Of a DNA stretch of 64,000 nucleotides, positions 34,041 to 45,528 are shown piece after piece. The position numbers were made by a program, and so were the translations under genes. Location: positions 160,001 through 224,000 of the forward strand of contig CAVYYI010000002.1 of NCBI GenBank assembly GCA_963772725.1. Direction: 5' to 3'. The notes beneath the pieces were generated by a model, which saw only the letters and a list, made by a program, of their open reading frames with translations, searched no databases and had not been told where the DNA came from. Source of the stretch: an uncultured Phycisphaerales bacterium. Lineage in GTDB: Bacteria; Planctomycetota; Phycisphaerae; Sedimentisphaerales; Anaerobacaceae. The first letter of the stretch is position 1, and each line of letters begins with the position of its first letter.

Positions 34041-34430
34041 TTACCAGCAGTTCTCTGCAAAATCATCTGCATCAAATGCCATGTGTTCTTTAAGTTTTTC
34101 CATGACCTCAAAAACAATTGGGCAGGTAAGCGTACGTTCGAGCATCGCCATTGTGCGGGTATTGAATCCTGCTTTTTGCAGATATGGGTAATCACGGTAA
34201 TTCTGAGGCCGGGCCTGGTAAATAGTGCATTTTTTGTCTTTTAGGAATTGGCATGGAACTTTCTTCATCTGCCAGCAAGCTGGTTCCTCATCATCTTGAA
34301 CATATTCAAGATATGTGTCCTGCAATTGCTTGACGGTGATCTTTAACTCTTTTGCCAAACATTCCTGGTCTTTGGCTGAACCACCGACACACAGATTTTC
34401 AGTCCGAAAAAAACACTGTAAGCCCTGCAA
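34041..34430 (-). pseudogene. YkgJ-family cysteine-cluster protein, 5'-degenerate
   Basis: PCQFLKDKKCTIYQARPQNYRDYP and CPIVF. The N-terminal CxxCxxCC is not intact and no good start is visible. Confidence 0.6.
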
Positions 34431-34578
34431 TTAAAAGGTTTAGTTCGTTTTTTGGCCCAAAATGAGACACTTTAGTTACTCAACAGTAACCCGATTTCTT
34501 GAAGCTTATTTTTATTTTTGCCGATTATGAAAATAACGTTGTTGCTTATTTTCATTTTTCTGTTATACTTTTTGGGTT

Positions 34579-35722
34579 ATGGCAAAGAAAAAAGCTCCAG
34601 GAAAATATGTGAAATGCACCGGTTACGAAGCATTCATTCCGAATCCGCTTCCGCCGGAGATAGACTGGACTGGCCGGTTAATACGTTCATTGTCCGATGC
34701 AGACCGCCTTATAGGCCAATTGTCCGGAGAAGGGAAAACAGTTGCCAAATCCGCATTTGCTTATACGCCCCTTTATAAAACGTGAAGCTGTGCTATCCAG
34801 CAGAATCGAAGGCACACAGGCAACATTAGGAGAGTTGCTGGCCAGTGACGCAGGGGCCGTAGTTAATCGCAGTCCCGATGACCTTCGTGAGGTCGGCAAT
34901 TATGTAACCGCCCTGGATTACGGAATCAAAAGACTAAATACTTTGCCATTGTCGCTCAGATTAGTTCGGGAAATACATGAGAAATTGATGGAAGGTGTAC
35001 GAGGCAACCATGCCACTCCTGGCGAATTCCGCAAAACACAAAATTGGATCGGTCCTGCAGGTTGTACTTTACAAAATGCTACTTATGTTCCTCCGTCACC
35101 AGATTTACTAATGGACTGTCTCGGAACATGGGAACAATTTCTTCATATTCAGACAATCCCTCCATTGGTTCAGGCAGGATTGTTGCATTATCAATTCGAA
35201 GCTATTCATCCTTTCCTGGATGGCAACGGTAGAGTGGGACGCCTTCTGATTATTCTTTTCTTGATTGAGCGAAAAGTGCTTACGGCACCCTTGTTGTATA
35301 TAAGTGCTTTTTTTGAAGCCACACGCAATGAATATTATAGTCATCTTTTGGCTGTAAGTCAGGAAAGCCAATGGAATCCATGGCTTGAATATTTCCTCAA
35401 TGGCATCGCAAGAATGTCTGAAGATGTTCTGAGCTGTGCTGAAAAGATTAATTTGCTGCTTCAAAGCTGGAGAAAAAGAATCGCTGGTGAAAAACCAAAA
35501 ATTCTATTGGATGTTATTGAGTTACTTGCTGAAAATCCCTTCTGGAACACGAAAAAGCTTTCTGAACGTCTACAGGTTGCTTTTACTACGGCACAGCGGG
35601 CGATTAATGTGCTGGTTGGACAAAAGATACTTTCGCAAGTGGACAATGCCCAAAGAGACCGTGTGTTTTGTGCTACTGCTATAATGAAAATTCTTGATGA
35701 ACCGCTCAAAATCAAGCCGTAA
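34579..35722 (+). CDS. Fic-family protein (Fic_N + Fic + wHTH; frameshift near 34740)
   Basis: AFIPNPLPP, EAVLSSRIEGTQ and the Fic motif HPFLDGNGRVGR. Confidence 0.9.
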
Positions 35723-35809
35723 TTTCATTAAGTGTCACTTTCTGTAATACGTGAATTGGACAGGTCAGAAAAGAGGCTGAGTCCGGCAAATTAAGTCTTG
35801 GCTATTCCA

Positions 35810-38800
35810 CTATATATTTAAAAACATATTCATAATTTCCTTGAATTGTTTGCTACCGCCTGCCAAATCTTTTTCAGCTTGTTGAACATCCTTTAAAGTA
35901 GGTAGCCCTTCTACCTCAAGCTGACATGAAAATCCGATTTCCTTCCCAACCTTAGCTAAAATGCTATTTAGTTGTTCGAACAAATGATCACGGAATTCAA
36001 TTTTGAATTTTTCGAATTTTAGAAAACGGTACAAAGTATAAAACTCCAGCACATTTTCACTATAACTATATCTTGCATTCCATCCAATACCTTTAGCTGC
36101 TTTTGCAAGAGCCTGCTCTCTCATCAAGTAGTGATAAGAACTATCAAAAGGAATGTTTCGGGAGTTTCTCGGATCTGGCATAGCAAAATCAGGAAGAAGA
36201 AGATCACTTAAATCAGACAAAGACTCTATTATTCTTGGCCAATTTTTTTGAATACTTTTGGGCAAGGTAAATACAAAAATTCTTTCTGGGTCCAACTCAA
36301 TAGAAGTTGGGACATGTCTTTCTTCTGCCACATCGGCAGGAATGACTTGAAAAATTTTCCTCCAAGAACATCTTATGCTATTATTGGGAATGTGTGATAA
36401 CTCAAAAGATACAATGTTATTTTTATCCTGATCGCCATAATAGTAAACTATCTCATATTCCGATTTTCCAAAATACATAACCTCGTTTGCACAGCGTCTT
36501 ATACACTCAGCTACTACATCTGTAAAGTCTCTATAGTAATCTCTGTGTGAAATGGCAGAGGTAATTAACTCTTCAGTGTCCTTAGTACCATTTGTAAGCG
36601 TAATCAGAAAATATTTTTTTGGTCCAGAGCAGTATGGAATTATAGCATTGTCAATATCCTCTGTTAACATGTGGACATAAGATTTAGGTATAAGAACTTC
36701 ATCTTCACCACCTGTATACCAGGGGTTGAACCAAACTGATCAGCGACAATTATTCTTACCTTCCGGCGACAGTTAAAAGTTCCGGATGAATTAAAGTTGG
36801 AATATGCTATCTGAAACTCATTAAGTCAGGAGATTTCAGATGGTTAAAGACAAACAGGTAAGGAGATTGTTCGCTATGAAAAACAAATGCAAGACCTTAT
36901 ATCAGCTTGCAGACAAGGCTGGTATAAGCACTAAAACCGCCCGCAAGTATTTAAAAACGGGCGTGCTGCCCAGCCAATGCCAAGCTATCCACGACTGGCC
37001 CACCCATCCGGATGCCTTTGCAGGGGATTGGCCATGGGTTGAAGAATTCCTCAAAAACAACTCCGGTCTTGAATCTAAATCGCTTTTTGAGGCTCTGCAG
37101 CGTGAATATCCCGGTAAATACCAGGACAGCGAATTAAGAACCTTCCAGAGACGAGTAAAACAATGGAAAGCCTTGTCCGGTCCGGCTCAGGAAGTGTTTT
37201 TTCCACAAATCTATAAACCCGGCCAATGGTGCGAATCAGACTTTACCAGGATGAATAAGCTGGGTATCACCATTTGCGGCATACCTTTTATTCACATGCT
37301 GTACCATTTTGTATTGTGTTTGTCGAACTGGGAAACCGTCACGGTATGTTTTTCAGAAAGCTATGAAAGTTTAAGTGCCGGTATTCAAAATGCCCTCTGG
37401 AAGTTAGGCGGCATACCACGCTATCATAGGACTGATAATTTAACCTGTGCGGTTAACAAGGTAGGCAATCCTGAGGAATTCACGGCTAACTATCAGGGTC
37501 TTGCGAATCATTATGGTTTCCAAAGCTGTAAAATCCAGCCTCACTGTCCGAATGAAAACGGCGATATAGAGCAGCGTCATCACAGGTTAAAGAGAGCTGT
37601 TGAACAGGCGTTAATCCTTAGAGGAAGCAGAGATTTTAACAGCAGGAAAGATTATGAAATGTTTCTTGAAAAGCTGCTCGACCAACTCAATACCGGCCGC
37701 ACAAAACTCTTGGCCGAAGAGTTAAAGGTTCTGCGGCAATTGCCAACCCGCAGGCATGAAGATTTCACCAGGGATAAATGCAGGGTAAGTCGTGGCTGCA
37801 CGGTCCGAGTTCTTAAGAACAGCTATTCTGTTCACAGCAGGCTTAGGGGAGAAAATGTTGACGTTCGAATATATGCCGAACATATCGAAGTCTGGTATGC
37901 TCAAAGAAGAATTGAAGTATTGCCCAGATTACACGGTGAAAACGGTCATTACATCAATTACCGCCACGTTATAGATACCCTTGTTCGCAAACCCGGGGCG
38001 TTTGAGAACTATTGCTATAAAGATGATATGTTTCCCACAAGTCAGTTCAGGATCGCATATGATCTCCTGCGTGATCAACATGGGATGAAGCAGGGTAATA
38101 AGCAGTATCTGAAAATTCTTGAATTAGCTGCCAACGAAAGCCAGACATCTGTCAATGAAGCTTTGCGGTTCCTGATCAACCATGCAGATGCGATTGATTT
38201 TGATATGGTAGAACAAATAGTCAAATCCGAACAACAGCCGCCGGATGTCACTGACGTTTGTGTTGGCGATATTGATCTGAACAGTTATGACTGTCTACTT
38301 GAATCGGCGGAGGCACTACTGGTATGAGTAAAAATGATCTGGATAATCAGCTTGTAAACCTTCTCAAAGAACTTCACCTGCCGATGTTCCGTGAATATTA
38401 CGCCGAGTTCGCTCAGAAGGCTATCGCCGAAGATATGGGTTATTCACAATATCTATTGGAATTGGCTCAGCGTGAGTGTGATGTTCGCAGAGCCAATAAA
38501 ATCGCAAGGCTGGTAAAAGCCTCAAAGCTTCCTATGGAAAAGACCATGGCAAACTTTGATTTTAAACGTATGCCGTTGAAGATACGTCAGCAGGTCAAAA
38601 TTCTTTTGGAAGGTTCATTTGTTGACAGAACAGAGAATATTCTTGCATTTGGCAAACCCGGCAGCGGTAAGACACATTTACTGTGTGGTATCTGTCATGA
38701 ACTTGCCCGGCAGGGAAAAAAGGTTTACTTTACTACGTGTGATATGATGTTGCAGGAGTTATTACGAGCCAAGCAGGAGTTGAAGCTGGACAAATGGCTC

Positions 38801-39258
38801 AAGAAGCTGTCACAGTACGAGGCATTGATGATAGATGACTTCGGCTATGTCAAACAGAACCGCGAGGAGATGGAGGTGCTGTTTACCTTATTAGCTCATT
38901 GTTATGAACGTGGCAGCGTGTTGATTACCAGCAATCTGCCGTTCAGTAAATGGGAAGTCATCTTTAAGGATCCGATGACCACTGCAGCAGCGATCGACCG
39001 GCTGGTACATCATAGTGTGATCCTTGAATTGAATGTACCGAGCTACCGAGCTGAGGAAGCTCAGAGACGGAAAAATAAGGACACGTAATGTCCGAAATTT
39101 TGCCCCCCATGGGGGGCACCTCCTAAAGGCTATAAGCTAAGGTAAGTGTTATGAAGTAACGGTAAAAATAACTGTCGTTGAAGGGAAATTATAATTGACG
39201 CCGGACACCAAACTGTTTGTTGTGACGAATAAAGTGTTTTGTAATTATTATTTTTCAT
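35810..39258 (-). pseudogene. Hypothetical protein (~320 aa) interrupted by IS21 copy 2
   Basis: Removing the IS and one CCAAAC gives a continuous frame MKNNNYKTLYSSQQTVWFNPWYTGGEDEVLIPKSYVH-MLTEDID... Confidence 0.75.
36737..39207 (+). mobile_element. IS21-family element, copy 2 (istA 36840..38327, istB 38324..39088)
   Basis: Same ends as copy 1; 6-bp TSD CCAAAC. Confidence 0.95.
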
Positions 39259-39261
39259 TTT

Positions 39262-40882
39262 TTAATGTTCATTCTCAGAATCTTTTGACTCCTCGCGTTT
39301 CAAAGTATCGAGAAAATTACTAGCTCTCTGTGGCAGTTCCAAATCCTTAGCTTCGGCTCTGTTTCTAATGTAAACCGATAGAAAAATATCGATGGGATTA
39401 TCCATAAAAAAATCACTTCGTGAAATTACTCTTATCAACGGGCTTTTATGCAATTTATCCTTTCTCCCTTTGTGGTAACCGTAGTAAAATCTATCTTCCA
39501 GGATACCCCTTTCACGAAGTCTACGCATCGTATCCTGTTTCCAAGATGTTCTTTTAATATCGCCTGAAAATAAAGCAAATTGAGAATGCCGATAGCTAAC
39601 GGTCGCATAAATCTGTTGGCATAATTGCTTTTTATCAGGTATTGCCTCAAAATATTTGTTCCAGACGCTACTTACTGTTTGCCAAAAATTCAAATCATCT
39701 AATTCGCTGTATATTTTTGCAAAACCCGAAAGTTCAAGAATGTCCAAAAGCGGTTCTGATATAAAGTTGACAGCCTTTTCGAGAGGATAATACTTAAGTT
39801 TTTCCTTAAGTCGCTGTTGAGCTGAGGGAAATACAACAAATAGCAGTGGAAATAACTGCGCAAAAAAGTCTTTCGTTACCAGATGCCATCGCACCATAAC
39901 ATTCGTTTGCAATCACTGTATATCCATGGCCAAAAAAATCTGGTAACTCTTTTGATTCTGGTAATGTTGTTAGATATGGCAGCATTTCAGAATATGTGAT
40001 AACAATTTTTTCCCTGATGGAAAGACATTTTTCGTTAATCTCCTTCCACTCAATTTGTGGCCAAGGTATGTCATCAACTCGTCTTAAGCTTTGAAAACCG
40101 TTTATATTTTCCTGAAGAGTAGCAAAGTGGTATCTATATTTTTCACATGCTTCAAGGCCCCGATCAATGACTTGAACTGCACTTGCATAAAATTTTTGCT
40201 TAATCAACCTATTAGCTTCTTGCTCAAAGGCTATTTCTAATTCCTGCATGAGAAGTTCAATTTTAGTCTTTATACATTGGATCAACGAAATAGCAACAAG
40301 CTGTTGTCTATACCATATAGGGCTAATAAAATTCCCTTCTACCTTATATTCAAAATGTAACCCCTTGTTAATAAATTCGATTTGTTTTATGACCTCTCTG
40401 GGGAAACTTATGTTGTACACACTTTTATTTTTATTCCATTTGATAGAACTAATTGAATCCGTAAGACTCTTTGCATTAAGTTTTTCAAAACTCCGAGATA
40501 GCCCCAAAACCATGCTAATTAAACACAATCCACACAAATCATAGATAGCAAGATCAAAGGCAATAGTTTCTGCTTTCCAATCAGACTTATCTAATTGTGT
40601 TTCTGCATTCCTTTTTTCAGTAAAATCAGAAACACAGCTACGAAAGGTATGCAACAATTCAAGCCCTTCCTGTATGGCCATTTGATAGCCAAATTCCGTA
40701 AATACATTTTGTGATCTCGTTAAAAATTCAACAATGACCCGTGACTTGTTCTCATCCTTAATTATTTTTATAATTTCTACAAATATTTTCTGTATCTGTT
40801 TTTCAAACCATTGTAAATCTGGCACCACCTTTGGTTGCAATTGAGTACTTGTTTGCAATGCAATACTTAATTGACTGTAGTC
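39262..40882 (-). pseudogene. Large hypothetical protein, 5'-truncated by IS21 copy 3 (frameshift near 39870)
   Basis: ORFs 39806..40858 and 39262..39912 overlap in the same direction; the frame runs up to the IS end. Confidence 0.65.
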
Positions 40883-43353
40883 TGTCCGGCGTCAATTATA
40901 ATTTCCCTTCAACGACAGTTATTTTTACCGTTACTTCATAACACTTACCTTAGCTTATAGCCTTTAGGAGGTGCCCCCCATGGGGGGCAAAATTTCGGAC
41001 ATTACGTGTCCTTATTTTTCCGTCTCTGAGCTTCCTCAGCTCGGTAGCTCGGTACATTCAATTCAAGGATCACACTATGATGTACCAGCCGGTCGATCGC
41101 TGCTGCAGTGGTCATCGGATCCTTAAAGATGACTTCCCATTTACTGAACGGCAGATTGCTGGTAATCAACACGCTGCCACGTTCATAACAATGAGCTAAT
41201 AAGGTAAACAGCACCTCCATCTCCTCGCGGTTCTGTTTGACATAGCCGAAGTCATCTATCATCAATGCCTCGTACTGTGACAGCTTCTTGAGCCATTTGT
41301 CCAGCTTCAACTCCTGCTTGGCTCGTAATAACTCCTGCAACATCATATCACACGTAGTAAAGTAAACCTTTTTTCCCTGCCGGGCAAGTTCATGACAGAT
41401 ACCACACAGTAAATGTGTCTTACCGCTGCCGGGTTTGCCAAATGCAAGAATATTCTCTGTTCTGTCAACAAATGAACCTTCCAAAAGAATTTTGACCTGC
41501 TGACGTATCTTCAACGGCATACGTTTAAAATCAAAGTTTGCCATGGTCTTTTCCATAGGAAGCTTTGAGGCTTTTACCAGCCTTGCGATTTTATTGGCTC
41601 TGCGAACATCACACTCACGCTGAGCCAATTCCAATAGATATTGTGAATAACCCATATCTTCGGCGATAGCCTTCTGAGCGAACTCGGCGTAATATTCACG
41701 GAACATCGGCAGGTGAAGTTCTTTGAGAAGGTTTACAAGCTGATTATCCAGATCATTTTTACTCATACCAGTAGTGCCTCCGCCGATTCAAGTAGACAGT
41801 CATAACTGTTCAGATCAATATCGCCAACACAAACGTCAGTGACATCCGGCGGCTGTTGTTCGGATTTGACTATTTGTTCTACCATATCAAAATCAATCGC
41901 ATCTGCATGGTTGATCAGGAACCGCAAAGCTTCATTGACAGATGTCTGGCTTTCGTTGGCAGCTAATTCAAGAATTTTCAGATACTGCTTATTACCCTGC
42001 TTCATCCCATGTTGATCACGCAGGAGATCATATGCGATCCTGAACTGACTTGTGGGAAACATATCATCTTTATAGCAATAGTTCTCAAACGCCCCGGGTT
42101 TGCGAACAAGGGTATCTATAACGTGGCGGTAATTGATGTAATGACCGTTTTCACCGTGTAATCTGGGCAATACTTCAATTCTTCTTTGAGCATACCAGAC
42201 TTCGATATGTTCGGCATATATTCGAACGTCAACATTTTCTCCCCTAAGCCTGCTGTGAACAGAATAGCTGTTCTTAAGAACTCGGACCGTGCAGCCACGA
42301 CTTACCCTGCATTTATCCCTGGTGAAATCTTCATGCCTGCGGGTTGGCAATTGCCGCAGAACCTTTAACTCTTCGGCCAAGAGTTTTGTGCGGCCGGTAT
42401 TGAGTTGGTTGAGCAGCTTTTCAAGAAACATTTCATAATCTTTCCTGCTGTTAAAATCTCTGCTTCCTCTAAGGATTAACGCCTGTTCAACAGCTCTCTT
42501 TAACCTGTGATGACGCTGCTCTATATCGCCGTTTTCATTCGGACAGTGAGGCTGGATTTTACAGCTTTGGAAACCATAATGATTCGCAAGACCCTGATAG
42601 TTAGCCGTGAATTCCTCAGGATTGCCTACCTTGTTAACCGCACAGGTTAAATTATCAGTCCTATGATAGCGTGGTATGCCGCCTAACTTCCAGAGGGCAT
42701 TTTGAATACCGGCACTTAAACTTTCATAGCTTTCTGAAAAACATACCGTGACGGTTTCCCAGTTCGACAAACACAATACAAAATGGTACAGCATGTGAAT
42801 AAAAGGTATGCCGCAAATGGTGATACCCAGCTTATTCATCCTGGTAAAGTCTGATTCGCACCATTGGCCGGGTTTATAGATTTGTGGAAAAAACACTTCC
42901 TGAGCCGGACCGGACAAGGCTTTCCATTGTTTTACTCGTCTCTGGAAGGTTCTTAATTCGCTGTCCTGGTATTTACCGGGATATTCACGCTGCAGAGCCT
43001 CAAAAAGCGATTTAGATTCAAGACCGGAGTTGTTTTTGAGGAATTCTTCAACCCATGGCCAATCCCCTGCAAAGGCATCCGGATGGGTGGGCCAGTCGTG
43101 GATAGCTTGGCATTGGCTGGGCAGCACGCCCGTTTTTAAATACTTGCGGGCGGTTTTAGTGCTTATACCAGCCTTGTCTGCAAGCTGATATAAGGTCTTG
43201 CATTTGTTTTTCATAGCGAACAATCTCCTTACCTGTTTGTCTTTAACCATCTGAAATCTCCTGACTTAATGAGTTTCAGATAGCATATTCCAACTTTAAT
43301 TCATCCGGAACTTTTAACTGTCGCCGGAAGGTAAGAATAATTGTCGCTGATCA
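40883..43353 (-). mobile_element. IS21-family element, copy 3, inverted (istB 41002..41766, istA 41763..43250)
   Basis: Same ends as copies 1 and 2. Flanks GTAGTC and GTCGGG do not match, so there is no TSD. Confidence 0.95.
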
Positions 43354-45528
43354 GTCGGGCTATTTTCTCCTCCAGCTTTCGTTCGGCGACTACGAATTTC
43401 CGTGCTTGCTCCGCCTTTTTTTCGGCATAACTCGTGTCCAAATCCCCACGCCTGCCAAGCATAGCAGCTTCAATCTGCTGAGCTATCACAGGACCGACGC
43501 TACCAAGGTCTTCGCGGATAGCGTCCACTTTTAAAACCGCCCTCATCAGATATTCATGATCACCATTGATTTGGCCGACCTTGATACCTTTAACATCACC
43601 ATTTTGCTGGAATCCTTTACCTACAGGATGCCAAATGAAAACTTCCGACTCCTTTTGTCCATGGCGATCTATACGCCCGTTGCGCTGCTCCATCACGTTC
43701 GGATTCCATGGGATTTCGATGTGTATGAGATAATTACAGTGGTTCTGAAGGTCTATACCCTCGGAAGCAGCATCGGTAGCCAATAGAATTCGAACAGAAG
43801 AAACATTTGGATGTGCCTGAAAAGCCGCCTTGATACTTTCACGATCTTCCGGTTTTATACTGCCATGGAGAATCATCAAGCGATCTCCACCGTATCCGTG
43901 CGACGCAAGAATCTCATGCAGCCAAACATGTGTTGCACGATATTCAGTAAACAATATTACACGCTTATCGTTCCATCGGCCATCTGTCTTAAGGTGTGAC
44001 TCAAGCCATTCGAGAATAGCTGCAGCTTTTGAATCCGCTTTGTTTTTGGATTTTTCAGCCCAATTAGTCAGCTTGTCGAGCATCTGAAGCTGATCTTGTT
44101 CAAGCGGGACGTTAAAACCGCCTGCGACTTCGACAGCTTCGTGTTGAGCCTCTTCTGCCAATGCATCATTCGAAAAGTCTTCCTCGGCTTTTAAGATGGC
44201 TTTGCGAAGAATACGTTCATCAATGGTTTGCTTTTGGGCTTTCATTCGTTTTGCTTCAAGGCTCTCTTGGTGCTTCCTCAAAGTCATGGCGAAGGCCAAT
44301 GGTGAAGAAAAAAGTCTTTTCTTGAGCAAAGTGTGCACGAAATCCGCGCAATAACTATAGCGTGTCCCACGAACACTCTCGGAACGGCTCTGTGTGTATT
44401 TCTGAAGAAGAGAGTGAATTTCACGTTCTTCCGCGGAATAATCGACTTCAAGGGCCATAATCTTACGCTTTGGAAAAACTGGTTTTCCTTCGGCATCTAT
44501 AATATCGCTTTTCAGACGACGAATCATGACTCGTTGCTTTTGCTTTTCATCCGGCATGACAGTTCTGGCAAAACGCTGATCATCCAATAGCTCAAGTAAC
44601 GATGTGAATGATTCCTGATATCCATTATGCGGAGTCGCAGTTAAGAACAATCGATGATTAAAATGGGGTGAGAGAGTTCGAATCAAACGAGTACGCTGGC
44701 TTTCCAAAGCATATAACGCGGCAGCAGCAGGAGCGACATTATGTGCTTCGTCAACAACTAATATATCAAATTTCCTCGGATAAGTGATGTGCGGCGAAAG
44801 GATATCTTTGAGCAATCTAATGCCTTCACCGCTCTTCATCCAATCCATCGAAGTGATCAACCGTGGAAAAGATGTCCAAGGGTTTGCATGAATTCCACGT
44901 TCACGTCGTAATTGTTTGATATATACGGTATCAACGATACGGAATTCCAAACCAAATTTTTCCCACATTTCTATTTGCCACTTGACTTGAAGCGAGGCAG
45001 GACAAACGATAAAAACGGTGCGAGCTCGATGACGAACAAGAAGCTCTTGAATTACCAATCCAGCTTCGATTGTCTTACCCAATCCGACATCGTCCGCAAT
45101 GAGGAGATTGACACGAGCCATATCTACTGCACGAACCAATGGATCCAATTGATAATCTTCAATTGTAATACCGCTTCGGAAAGGAGCTTGAAGAAAAGAT
45201 CTGTCCGCATTGGTTACTGCCCCCCAACGAACAGCGTCTAAAAATGCCTCTTGTCGATCATTGGAGTCCCATCCACTAATCTGTGGAAGTCCAGCTTTTT
45301 CCAATATTTGACACCAGGTTCTAATTGCCAAATGGTCCGAAGTTCTTCACCCAAGGAGTCCTCATCAATTGAGGTCATAGACACAAGATGCTGGTCTCCG
45401 TTAGTACCAGATTTAAATGCGGAAGCTTGAACATCACTCACAATCCATTGCCTTCGTCGAATTTCAATCAACTGACCGGGTTCAGGAATTGATGAGAATG
45501 CTATATTATTTTTAAGCAAGTTATTCAT
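43354..45528 (-). pseudogene. drmD: DISARM SNF2-like helicase DrmD, 3'-truncated by IS21 (frameshift near 45310)
   Basis: PEPGQLIEIRRRQWIV, AFLDAVRWGA..AD...LQAPFRSGITIEDYQLDP, LLIADDVGLGKTIEAG, DEAH, TATPHNG, TDAASEGIDLQ and EQRNGRIDRHGQ. Confidence 0.85.

Noticed and set aside
34461..35740. Short inverted match (GAGACACTT / AAGTGTCAC) around the fic gene
   Set aside because: Only about 9 imperfect bp with no TSD; could be chance.
36737..43353. Composite transposon formed by inverted IS21 copies 2 and 3
   Set aside because: Copy 2 has its own TSD within one gene and the outer flanks do not match, so these are independent events.
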